From Sminthopsis crassicaudata (Eukaryota), in the NCBI RefSeq assembly GCF_048593235.1, contig NC_133618.1, positions 623,118,889-623,182,888 on the forward strand: DNA of 64,000 nt, read 5' to 3'. A model generated the notes under the pieces. That model was not told the origin of the DNA. It worked only from the letters and a program-made list of their open reading frames with translations, and ran no database searches. Both the position numbers and the translations under genes were made by a program. Positions 1 through 11,559 of the stretch are shown one piece after another. Position 1 is the stretch's first letter; every line of letters starts with the position of its first letter.

Positions 1-357
1 TAGGCCTGAAAAGAACTCAGGGATCATTTAGCTCAGTGCCATAATGTTACAGAAAAGAAAACTGAGACCTAAAGAGGTTAATATCAATGCCCAAGTATAT
101 ACAGTTATAGTTGTATGAAATACAACTGGACTTAAGAGAAAATTTGGGATTCCAAATCTAGCACTTTACTCACTGTGGCAGACTACCTATATCATACCTT
201 TGCTTAAAGCCCTTCAGTATTTTTCAACTGAATTGGAATATGCATTTGTCTTAATGTTTGTGAATGAGAGGGAAAGAGAGATTTACTTTATTGCAAGATA
301 TCAATTTTATGCCAATCAATTATAAAAATAAGTCTTTGGATTTTCTCTCCCAAATAG

Positions 358-628
358 ATGTTCTGACTTTGACACATGCCTCAAGTGTATGAGCCTGGAG
401 CTTCCCCAGGCTGGCCAGAGTTGTTTCCATTGAGCACTTTCCCACAAACAGTAGCTTCTGTGATTATTTTCAGCTCCATTACATCATGGTTACATCCTTT
501 TGCAAACCCAGCTGCCTTCCTCCGAGGAAACCCCACAGTCAAGGGAAATTCCTCTTCCTCTAGATGGATGACAAAAAAGTCTTTTTCTTCACAAGCATGA
601 ACCTAGAGGAGAAAAAGTATACTGAAAG
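358..628 (+). pseudogene. Putative decayed WD40-like exon (possible F-box/WD pseudogene)
   Basis: Acceptor ttttctctcccaaatag| at 357/358 and donor GAAAG|gtgaag at 628/629. Frame from 360 reads VLTLTHASSV*AWSFPRLARVVSIEHF...PHSQGKFLFL*MDDKKVFFFTSMNLEEKKYTE, with stops only at 390-392 and 561-563. L(Q)MDDKKV resembles the recalled beta-TrCP WD motif LQYDDQKI. No search was run. Confidence 0.35.
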
Positions 629-1607
629 GTGAAGGTTCATACCTGCTATAGATCATTGAAACTGATGTTCGTATGGGGAAAAATAACATGATATATCTCT
701 AGAACAGGTTTGGGAACTGTGCATATCCACCCAAGGGTAATTAATATGCTAACCAGATGGAAAACTTTCCATATAAGAAAGCAGGCTACATTAGAATTTT
801 TTATAAATAACCTAAAATCTTATTATTAAATCATATGAACAACTTCAGAAATTTAAGAGGACATAAAGATAATATCATTCCTCCGAAAGTTTATTGGGGC
901 ATGCAATGAAGTTCTTTGAATTAGCCAGAAATCTTGCTAAAGCAAAGTGTCTAAATGGAGTCAACAATCTCCTATTAAACTCATTTTCTTAAAATTGTTT
1001 TGCTTAATGAATAACCCAAATCCATTTCCCAAATTAAAGTATCCCAGCGATAATTATCTGTTTTTAGTGTACTAAAAATTATGTAAACTATGTAAGCAAC
1101 AATGTGGCTATGGGCAACTCATCTTATCATCCTAAATTTCAATTTCTTTGCCTGTAAAATGGGGATAATATCCATGAAACCTATTTCACAGATTGTTGAA
1201 AGCCCCCAAATGTACTCATACATATAAATATTAGTTCTTACTATAATTTTTGAAGGCATTGACAAAAGTACCTATTGACAGCTATTGGGCAAGTAACCAA
1301 ACTTAAAAGAAAATAAAACAATTATTCAGAATCAATCAATAAGTTTTTTTGTTGTTGTTGTTGTTGTTTTCTTAAGACCTCTTACTATTTACCAGGCACT
1401 TGACTCCACTCTAGGTATATCAATATAAAAATGGGACTAATTGTGCCTTTTAAGAGCTTAAGTCTAAAACTTTTTTTTAGAAATGACAATTAAATAATAC
1501 TATTTTAAATGTATATAATGGGAACAGGGAGCAGATCCATGATCTCATTGGTGCAAAGAATTCCTTGTAAAGAAATATTATTTTATCAATGAAGATCAAC
1601 CCTTCTC

Positions 1608-1738
1608 NNNNNNNNNNNNNNNNNNNNNNNNNNNNNNNNNNNNNNNNNNNNNNNNNNNNNNNNNNNNNNNNNNNNNNNNNNNNNNNNNNNNNNNNNNNNN
1701 NNNNNNNNNNNNNNNNNNNNNNNNNNNNNNNNNNNNNN
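1608..1738. other. Assembly gap (N run)
   Basis: 131 N. Confidence 1.
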
Positions 1739-2192
1739 TTTTGGAAACTGTTCCAAATGCTTTACAAATATTTTCTCATTTGACCCATACAATAAACCTG
1801 GGAGGCAGGGTGCTTCTAGAGTTATCCCAATTATCCAAGGTCACACAGGTAGTTTGGGTCAAAACAAGAATTCAAAGCAATTCCTTGCTCCAAAGTCTAC
1901 ATATTTACTATATACTACTACTTCTGTAAAATATTGCCCAAACACTCTCTTTACAGTTTTCCACCTCTATGTGGTATACATTTAATCTCAAAGACACATA
2001 ATAAAAAATCCTTCATTTAAAAAAAAAATCAGCCTTTTTTATCACTATTATAGAAGTAAGAGGTCAACAGAGAATCTTTTTTTTTTGTGTGTGTGTGATT
2101 ATATTATATAGTCATAAGATTAAATTCTAATTAGGACCAAATAATTAATCCTTTGATTAACTGGTCTACATGTCCTTGATTTTCTTTTTCAG

Positions 2193-2371
2193 GTCTTAAT
2201 CTATGGTCTTTCCTCTAGTTTATCCACACTACAAATTCAAATTCTCATTTTCTTTGGGATAGAACTAATGACCATTATTTTATATAATTATAAACTCAAC
2301 TAGTATGAATTCAAGTATATGTGACCACTTCATGATATTCATTATTTACACCAATCAGGATCTTACTATAG
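2193..2371 (+). pseudogene. Possible further decayed exon of the same pseudogene
   Basis: Strong acceptor tttctttttcag| and donor TATAG|gtaacc. The 179-nt length keeps phase between 358-628 and 2808, but that frame carries 4 stops. Confidence 0.2.
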
Positions 2372-2807
2372 GTAACCAAGAAGCAGATGTGATAGTATAT
2401 GACCCATATGTTCTCACTCTTCAATAAAAGGTAATTCCATTTTATAGCATCTCTATTTCCTAACTATTTCCTATCATATTCATTTCCATGCTGTTCTTTA
2501 TAGGCATTCTAGGATCTTATAGACTTCACTTAAAAATTGGTCTCCTTTCCCAAGAATTTTGGAAACCTTTACAACTACTGTAAATTTTCAGTATATAGCC
2601 AATTGCAAGAGGATTTTAATGAGTTGTTTTCTTCAAGGCCCACCTAAACATACAATGTTCACGAGGGGTCAGGAAAAGGAAATTCAGGAATGTACTTGAA
2701 AAAAATTCTTGTATGTGCACTCAGATTTTGCTTAATCCCCATCTAGTAAGTCCAAGCCAATTCCAAAATAGTTTTAACCTTTGAATTTTTAAAAATCTCT
2801 CTTGCAG

Positions 2808-2939
2808 ATTTGAATAGGCTACATATTTTCACAGCTTACTTTGGAAACTATGAGTTAGAAAACTGTGATGATGCTCTAATCCAACAAATATGCATACTAG
2901 GAACATCAAGTTAAACTTGTTATGTATGACCTTGTCTAG
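2808..2939 (+). pseudogene. Possible terminal coding exon of the same pseudogene
   Basis: Acceptor tctctcttgcag|. Reads (D)LNRLHIFTAYFGNYELENCDDALIQQICIL, then after a frameshift at about 2900 EHQVKLVMYDLV*. This resembles the recalled FBXW12 C-terminus CDNASIV...ILVMYSLNT*. Confidence 0.3.
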
Positions 2940-3278
2940 CAAGGAGGCTCTTAAAGCAGGTAATGGATATATAAAAGCTGATGTATTAAAATCTTTTTAT
3001 GGCTAAGATCACAAAAGCCTCATCCATTTTCATTTTGTATTTTTTAATAGAGTCCATGATCATTTATTTAACTATAATTTATTAATTACTTGCTATATAC
3101 AAGACCTTGGATCTCATTTATCTATTCATCCATTGAGTAAGTACAAAAATGAAACATGACATAGTTCTTGTCTTGAAGAGCTGATATTCTAATGGGACAA
3201 AGAAGGAAATAGAATATGAACTGACTTTTAAAAAATTGAAATCATAGCAAATGAAATTAGAGAATGCATGATTTTTCT

Positions 3279-5745
3279 TTTTTTTATTATATATATATAT
3301 TTATAATATTATCCCTTGTATTCATTTTTCCAAATTATCCCCTCCCTCTATTCCCTCCCCCCGATGACAGGCAATCCCATACATTTTACATGTGTTACAA
3401 TATAACCTAGATACAATACATGTGTGTGAATATCATTTTCTTGTTGCACAATAAGTATTAGATTCCGAAGGTACATGTAACCTGGGCAGACAGATATTAG
3501 TGCTAACAATTTACATTCACTTCCCAGTGTTTCTTCTCTGGGTGTAGCTACCTCTGTCCATCATTGATCAACTGGAAGTGAGTTGGCTCTTCTTTATGTT
3601 GAAGATTTCCACTTCCATCAGAATACATCCTCATACAGTATTGTTGTTTAAGTGTACAGTGATCTTCTGGTTCTGCTCATTTCACTTAGCATCAGTTGAT
3701 GTAAGTCTCTCCAAGCCTCTCTGTATTCCTCCTGCTGGTCATTTCTTACAGAGCAATAAATATTCCATAACCTTCATATACCATAATTTACCCAACCATT
3801 CTCCAACTGATGGACATCCATTCATCTTCCAGTTTCTAGCTACAACAAAAAGAGCTGCCACAAACATTTTGGCACATATATGTCTCTTTCCGCTCTTTAG
3901 TATTTCTTTGGGATATAAGCCCAGTAGTAGCGCTGCTGGGTCAAAGGGTATGCACAGTTTGATAGTTTTTTGGGCATAGTTCCAAATTGCTCTCCAGAAT
4001 GGCTGGATTCTTTCGCAACTCCACCAACAATGCCATTAGTGTCCCAGTTTCCCCACATCCCCTCCAACAATCATCATTATTTGTTCCTGTCATCTTAGCC
4101 AATCTGACAGGTGTGTAGTGGTATCTCAGAGTTGTCTTAATTTGCATTTCTCTGATCAGTAGTGATTTGGAACACTCTTTCATGTGAGTGGATATAGTTT
4201 CAATTTCTTCTTTTGAGAATTGTCTGTTCATATCCTTTGACGATTTATCAATTGGAGAATGGTTCGGTTTCTTATAAATTAGGGTCAGTTCTCTATATAT
4301 TTTGGAAATGAGACCTTTGTCAGAACCTTTGTTTTTAAAAATATTTTCCCAATTTGTTACTTCCCTTCTAATCTTGTTTGCATTAGTATTATTTGTACAG
4401 AAACTTTTTAGTTTGATGTAATCAAAATCTTCTATTTTGTGATCAATAATGATCTCTAGTTCTCCTCTGGTCATAAATTCCTTCCTCCTCCACAAGTCTG
4501 AGAGGTAGACTATCCTCTGTTCCTCTAATCTATTTATTATCTCCCTCTTTATGCCTAAATCATGGACCCATTTTGATCTTATCTTGGTATATGGTGTTAA
4601 GTGTGGATCCATATCTAATTTCTGCCATATTAATTTCCAGTTTTCCCAACAGTTTTTTCCAAATAATGAATTTTTATCCCTAATGTTGGTATCTTTGGGT
4701 TTTTCAAAGATTAGATTGCTATAGATGTACCCTTTTTTGTCCTTTGTATCTAATCTGTTCCACTGATCTACCGGTCTATTTCTTAGCCAATACCGAATGG
4801 TTTTGGTGACTGCTGCTATATAATATAGCTTTAGATCAGGTACACTTAGACCACCTTCCTCTGAGTTTTTTTTCATTAGTTCCCTTGCAATTCTCGACCT
4901 TTTATTCTTCCATATGAATTTTGTTGTTATTTTTTCTAGGTCATTAAAGTAGTTTCTTGGGAGTCTGATTGGTATAGCACTAAATAAATAGATTAGTTTG
5001 GGGAGTATTGTCATCTTTATTATATTCGCTCGGCCTATCCAAGAGCACTGAATGTCTTTCCAATTATTTAAATCTGACTTTATTTTTGTGGCAAGTGTTT
5101 TGTAATTTTTCTCATATAATTCCTGACTTTTCTTTGGTAGATGGATTCCCAAATACTTTATACTCTCAACATTTGTTTGGAATGGAATTTCTCTTTGTAT
5201 CTCCTGCTGTTGCATTTTGTTGGTGATATATAAAAATGCTGAGGATTTATGTGGATTTATTTTGTATCCTGCCACTTTGCTGAAATTTTGAATTATTTCT
5301 AGTAGCTTTTTAGCAGTCTTTGGGGTTCTCTAAGTATACCATCATGTCATCTGCAAAAAGTGATAGTTTGATTTCCTCATTTCCTACTCTAATTCCTTGA
5401 ATCTCTTTCTCGGCTCTTATTGCCGAGGCTAGCGTTTCTAGTACTATATTGAATAGTAATGGTGATAGTGGGCAACCTTGTTTCACTCCTGATCTTACTG
5501 GGAAAGGTTGTAGTTTATTTCTATTGCATATTATGCTTACTGACGGTCTTAAATATATGCTCTTGATTATTCTAAGGAATAGTCCATTTATTCCTATACT
5601 CTCAAGAGTTTTTAGTAGGAATGGATGTTGGATTTTGTCAAATGCTTTTTCTGCATCTATTGAGATGATCATATGGTTCTTATTAATTTGATTATTAATA
5701 TGGTCAATTATATTAATAGTTTTCCTAATATTAAACCAGCCCTGC
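3279..5745 (-). mobile_element. 5'-truncated L1 (ORF2 RT and C-terminus plus 3'UTR), inactivated
   Basis: ORFs 5310-5756 (QGWFNIRK...[11 protein letters not shown]...[10 protein letters not shown]...LFADDM) and 3941-5275 are L1 ORF2. T-rich tail at about 3279. 20-bp TSD agagaatgcatg(a/c)tttttct at 3259-3278 and 5746-5765. Confidence 0.97.
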
Positions 5746-6487
5746 AGAGAATGCATGCTTTTTCTAGAAGCTCATTTAATGTTAAGGTTTTGTAAGATTT
5801 CTTCTATTGAAAAAGTTATATAACAACCTAAAGTTGCCATTTTCAATGGTGGTAAATAAAATGAACCCATCATTACTAGAATTTATACAGTGCTTTAAGG
5901 TTTGCAAGGTATTTTAAAATATCTCATTTTATCCTCACTATAAATCTCAGAGGTAGGTGCTTTTATTATGCCCATTTTATAAATGAAGAAACTGAAGTAA
6001 ATAGAGGTTAAGTTTCTTATCTAGGGCCATACAGCTAGGAGGTGTTTGAGGCTGGATTTTAACTCAGATTGTCCTGACTCCAAACTAATGTTCTATCCAC
6101 TCTGTCATATCAGTAGGAACTTATTGCTCATGGGGTTTTTTCATTATATGCTAACTACAGAATGTACATACAGATTTTTCTCTCAGCATCCAGCACTATT
6201 TTCTCCACCCCATTCTCTAACAATAACAAGCTATATTTTATAGAATATTTGAAAATTTACTAAGCACTTTTCCTCACAAAAGCTTTATGAGAAAGATTTC
6301 GCAAATATTGTGACCCATTCTCTTCTCCTCCCTCCCTCTCACACAGATTCATTTTATATGAGAAAACTGGGGTTCATGAAAGATGTGATTGATAAAAGAC
6401 AAATGGGTTCAAGTGTCTACCAGGATTGGAATCCAAGTTTTCATAACTCTAAGACCAGCACTTTTCCTACTGTACCATATTACTTTT

Positions 6488-6633
6488 TAAAATTTTTTAT
6501 TAAAGCTTTTTATTTACAAAACATATGCATGGGTAATTTTTCAACATTGACCCTTGCAAAGCCTTCTGTTCCAAATTATCCCCTCCTTCCCCTGCCTTCT
6601 CCCCAGATGGCAGGTAGTCCAATACATGTTGAG
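6488..6633 (-). mobile_element. Short L1 3'-end insertion
   Basis: aaagctttttatttacaaaacatatgcatgg... L1 3'UTR end. Perfect 13-bp TSD ccatattactttt at 6475-6487 and 6634-6646, followed by AA (TTTT/AA site). Confidence 0.8.
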
Positions 6634-8329
6634 CCATATTACTTTTAAAAGAAGAAAGTGATTCTGAAAGATGGTAAATGACTTGTTCAAGATTATGCAA
6701 CTGGAAGTCAAGTGGCAAACAGGATTTGAATTTAGTCAATAAACATATGTTAAGCACTTACTGTTTGCCAGTCACTATATTAAGCTAAAGGTAGAAAGAG
6801 AAAAGACAATCATTGGTCTTAAGAAGTTCAAATAGTCATAACGTCAGTTGTCTAAGTCAAAGAGACAACATGCAAACATCTATGTCCACATAAGTTACAT
6901 GCAGGATAATTTGATCTCTCTTTATAAGAGCTCAGACTTTCCCAATTAGTTTTATTTTTCATCATTTGTTCTGCTTGGTATGGACTATAGAACATCTTAT
7001 TCCCACCACAATTACAAGTGATGATTTCCTCTCCTTTCAGCTTCCTTTAGTACCTTGTCTTCTTCCATTAGATTGTAAACTTCTTGGCTGGAACTATGCT
7101 TTTCTTATTTGTAACCCTAGCATTTAGCACAGTGTTTTTACATGTAATAGGTGCTTAATGTTTATTGACTGACTAGAGATAATCAATACAAGGAAGGCTG
7201 TGAAATTGAGGAAAATGAGGAAAAAATTCTGTGAAAGATGAGATTTAAACTGGAAAGGAAACCTTGAAAATCAAGAGAATCAATGTATAGAACACTTGAC
7301 TGGGATTCAGAAAGATTGAGGTTTGAATGTAGTCTCAAACACATCCTACTTGTATGATCTTGAGAATGATTGCTATTTACTTCAGTTTTTTCATCCGTAA
7401 AATGGGGATTATTTCAGCATCTACCTCTCAGTATTGTTGTAAGGATCAAAACAGATGATCTTTTTAAAGTGCTCACAGACTGCTTGGTACTAAATATTTG
7501 TGATGATGATGATAATGATGAAAATGATGATGAGCATGATAAGTGAGGATAGGAGATAGTGAAAATTCAGAGAAAGGACCTATTTTGCACCTATTTTGAC
7601 TATTAGACAGTGAATTCTCATGAGGACAGGGACTATCCTATACTAGGTCAAAGATGGTATGATAATAATAATGAAATGAAATTAGAAAATAGAATACTTA
7701 AATTAAATCCAAGGAAATATATGTGAACTTTAATAATGCTATAGAGATGTATCCCCGTTCTTCCACTTATACCTTGGGCAAATAACTACTTTTTGGGGTA
7801 ATTTCCTCCTCTGTAAAATGATATGCTTATCCTTGGGTGACCACTAATGTCCCTTCCAGCTTCATGGTAGGATTCAATGATATCTAACACCCTTAATTTA
7901 CCCAGGAGGAAAATAAGTTCCAAAGAGCCAAACGGATTCATCTGAAGCCACGCAGCTAATTACTAACAGTGCTATTATCTGCTCTCTCTATCTAGAGCTC
8001 TTTTCACTAGCAATGTCCCAGTGAGGATGCTAAACATTGATCAATATTATTATCCACAGCAGCTAATGTTTATGCAATCCCTGAAACGTCCAATGCTCCT
8101 TATATATATTGCCTCATTTAATCTTCACAATAAGCCTGAGAGGTACCAGTAACCTACTAAGCGAGGTCTTTTACTTTTTTACTTTTTTTTTTTTTTTTTA
8201 CTAAAAACAGGGAGTAGGAGGGTTAATAGGACAGAACAATGAGTTCTACCCTTTCATTTCACCCATGAGGAAACTGAGGTCTGGAGAGGGTGTGTGATTT
8301 GCATCAGATCATCATACAGATAATAAAAG

Positions 8330-9420
8330 ACAAAGGCCGCATTCGAACCCACTCTTCCAACGCCAGCTCCTGGATGCCCCCTTTCCAAGGGACCACCTTG
8401 CCTCGCCCCGGCTGCCCGTTGCGCTAGATTGGCACCTTTGCCCAGTGCCCAGGACTACTGTATACTGTTCTCACGGCTGCAGCCCCTCCTCCAGTTCTCT
8501 GACACCCTTTTATTGGCCACGCCCACCACGCCGTGGGGCTCGGGGGAGGTGGGGCTGGATGGTGCCGGGGCCGCGGTGATTGGTAGATGACTGGGCAGGG
8601 GCGGGGATGTGAAGGGAGCGGAGAGGCGGGGGACTGTGGCGGGGGCTGCTGCTGGGAGCGGAGCCGGCCACGCTCTGGGTGAGGAGGGAGCTCCCGGGTG
8701 GACGTGCGCGAGGTGGCCAGGGGAGTCGCGAGTGGGTGAGTGATGGAGGGTCCTTCCCACCCCTTCCTCTTCACTCGGACCAGGGGAGCGAACACTTGCC
8801 CTCTCCCCCTCTCCCTTCTTTCGACTCCCAGGAACGGAGGGAGGAGGAGGTATCATCTCCTGGGCTAGCGTGTCCTGCCCAGGGGATGGACACTTATTGA
8901 TCCCGGGCGACACCGCGCCTTTGCGCTTCCCTAGCAGCTGTTGCCCTGCCTGCTTCTCTGCTCCACACCCCGTAGTACCCAGCACTCATCTCTGCATCCC
9001 ACCGGCCCCGAAGGACTCTTTCCCTTTGCTCTAAATCCCCTCCCCTCTTTGACATCCACCCCAACCCCCACCTTCTCCATTGCCCCTTCAGACTATGAAT
9101 TTATCACTGCAGCGCAGACGCTGCCTTTTCTTGGAGGTCGTGGGGAAAAAAAAAAAAAAAAAAAGAAACATCTGCCGGGGGAGACAGGTGCCCCCCCTGG
9201 AGCCGGGACTGCTCGGGTGCACTACTACTGAGTTTCCCCTCGTGTGCCAGTACTGGGGAGGGGAGTCCAAGTGAACCCTGGGCGGGGCAGAAGAAAGACC
9301 TAACACATTATACCCCACGCCCCCGGGGAGTTGCACGTGGATTGTGCACTTGGCTCCCCGATAAGCTCCCTGGGCGTCCTGCCTCGCCCCTCCTTTTTGT
9401 TCGGGAAGGACCAGGTTTTG
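8330..9420. promoter_or_regulatory. RASSF4: CpG island / RASSF4 promoter
   Basis: The only long GC- and CpG-rich block in the window. GC boxes (ggggcgggg about 8598-8606, gaggcgggg about 8622), a CCACGCCC KLF/SP site about 8517 and three reverse CCAAT boxes (attgg at about 8429, 8513, 8579). Confidence 0.85.
8640..8735 (+). other. RASSF4: Probable non-coding RASSF4 exon 1 (start approximate; donor at 8678 or 8735)
   Basis: Donors TGG|gtgagg (8678/8679) and TGG|gtgagt (8735/8736) lie just downstream of the GC boxes. As recalled, human RASSF4 has a non-coding first exon in a CpG island. Confidence 0.55.
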
Positions 9421-10875
9421 GAGAAAAGGCTTCTTAAGTGTTTGGAACCTGGAACTGAGTGATTTATTGCATTTCTGGTCAAAGCTTGGATATGGAACAC
9501 CTTGTCATCCTGTTTATCGCCAACAATTTCCCAAGGTGCTTTTTTTTTTTCTCCCTAAAGATAAGCAAACCTAGGTGGTGGAGAGGTGAAGGTGAGGGGG
9601 GAACCTCTCAAACTCCATCAACCCTTATCCATGTGGAAGCCACTTTGTTTCATTTTTAGTAAACTATTAACTACGTGCCGGTCGTTAAAACACACACACG
9701 TTTATTGTAGCTGTTGCTAATGAATACAGAAGTTCCCGTGAGAAGCCGATCTCCCGACTCTCCTGGCCCCTCCTCCGCTGTCATATTCAGAATATAGGCT
9801 ATCGAGTTCAGGCTGGAATCATTTGCTTTATCTAATACAGTTGACTGTTGAAGTCTATTTGAGGGATCAGTTGATCTTTAGTGTCTTTTGTGTTTGTTCT
9901 TAATGATAGCAATGACATGAATATAATTCACTGGTGTCAAAGGACAAATAAATAATTTTTTTGAAACTAGAACTGCTTTGGTTTTACCTTTGTGTATTTA
10001 GTGCCTAGCTGTATTTCATGCATATTAGGTGACTTTCAAAGATCTGTTGTGTTGTTTAATGTTATTGACTGATAAATACAATAAGATGATTTAAAAAGAA
10101 AACCAAGCTTGGATTTTAGGAGGTGAAATGAATATTGAAAGTGGATGATTAATATAATTTTGTTGTGTTTACTCAGGAAAGCAGCTGGTATAGATTGTTT
10201 TAGATTTGTGGACATTTAATAGCCAAGGACATGAATTCTAGTTCTTTTCCAACATAATTTTGTAACACTGTGTTTGTGAAGGTGCCATGGAAGGGAGGGG
10301 GAATGAAGATATATATTCAGTTCCTTACTCTCAATAAGTTTAAACACTGCTTATTATGATTCTATAATAAGAATTCCCCTCATAAAGTAGTTTGATCATA
10401 ATAAAGAATAGTGACATTTCTTCCCTTCTTGGTCAGTGGGGAATAGAGAGTTTGGAACACAACATAAAAAATACATTGAAAAAAAGAATACCTAGTTCTA
10501 TCGAGTCATCAAGAGAGTGTTGTTGGGGGAGACATAGATGGATCATTGTAATAGGAAATAATTTACAATGATTGAAAGTGCTTGACAATTACCCAATTGT
10601 CCAGGAGCCTGATTTTCTTCTCTTAATTTGATTTTTGACCCAGCTCATTGTCTATGAACAGCCCATGGCCAAAATAAGAGTATTGAACCAGTCAGTGGCT
10701 AGGGCTTCCCCCCCCTCCCCCACTCAGTGACCCTATATTTATTTTGTATATGTTTTGCATTTTCTTGTGTATAAACACATTATTTCCTCTCAAGTAATGT
10801 AAGGCTGGGGCTAGTTTGTTTTTGTATTTGTATCCTCAGTGTGTCTGCTACATAGTAAACATTTGTTAATGCCAG

Positions 10876-11013
10876 AGAGAGAGGAGGGGGGGAAGGAGAG
10901 AAGGGAGAGAAGGGGAGGGAGAAAGGGAGAGAAGAAGGGAGAGGAAAAGGAGGGAGGGAGAAGGAGGGAAAGGAAGGGAGAAGAAGAGGAGGAAGGGAGA
11001 AGGAGGGAGAGAA
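10876..11013. repeat. Polypurine (GA/GGA/GGGA) low-complexity tract
   Basis: Nearly pure A/G tract interrupting L2-tail-like sequence. Confidence 0.9.
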
Positions 11014-11559
11014 TGAATGACAATGAATGGGAAAATGTTTCTTAAGTGCTCTCTGTGTACCAAGCACTGATGATAACAAATAGAAAAGATGAAATAGTGT
11101 CTGCTGTCAAGGAACTCATACTGTAATTGTGGGAGAAGAACATAAAAGAAAGTTCAGCTGTAGAGCACATTGGAAAGATTAGAGGTTGTATGTGAATTCC
11201 TGTAGTGATGGATTAATTTAACAAACTGGCCATGCAGCTTCATGTTATATTTGGATAGTAATCTCTGGGGGAAAAAAAATCACTTCAATTCTGTTTCAGT
11301 TTCCTAATCAATAAAGATAGTAGTAGCATCCACCTTCTAGAGTTATTGTTAGGATAAAATGAGATTATATTTGTAAATCCTTGCAGACCTCTAAGTGGTA
11401 TAAGTGCTATTATTATTATTAATCCATTTTTCAAAACCTTTCTGTGGTTTCATCTTTTTCTTTCCATCTGTGCCTCAAAGTTCTTTTCTTTCACTTATCC
11501 TTTGGGATCATGATCTCTTAATTTTTTTCTTCTTTTTCTTGCTTGTTGATCATTTTACT

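Noticed and set aside
3051-3136. Splice-flanked 86-nt segment open in one frame (VHDHLFNYNLLITC...)
   Set aside because: Its phase fits only after the stop of the preferred upstream reading, and the sequence is very AT-rich; probably chance.
1-8300. TMEM72, the usual upstream neighbour
   Set aside because: No segment resembling the recalled TMEM72 protein was seen.
8424-9336. Several 80-176 aa ORFs on both strands in the CpG island
   Set aside because: Pro/Gly/Ser/Arg-rich by-products of high GC content; mutually overlapping, with no recognisable domain.
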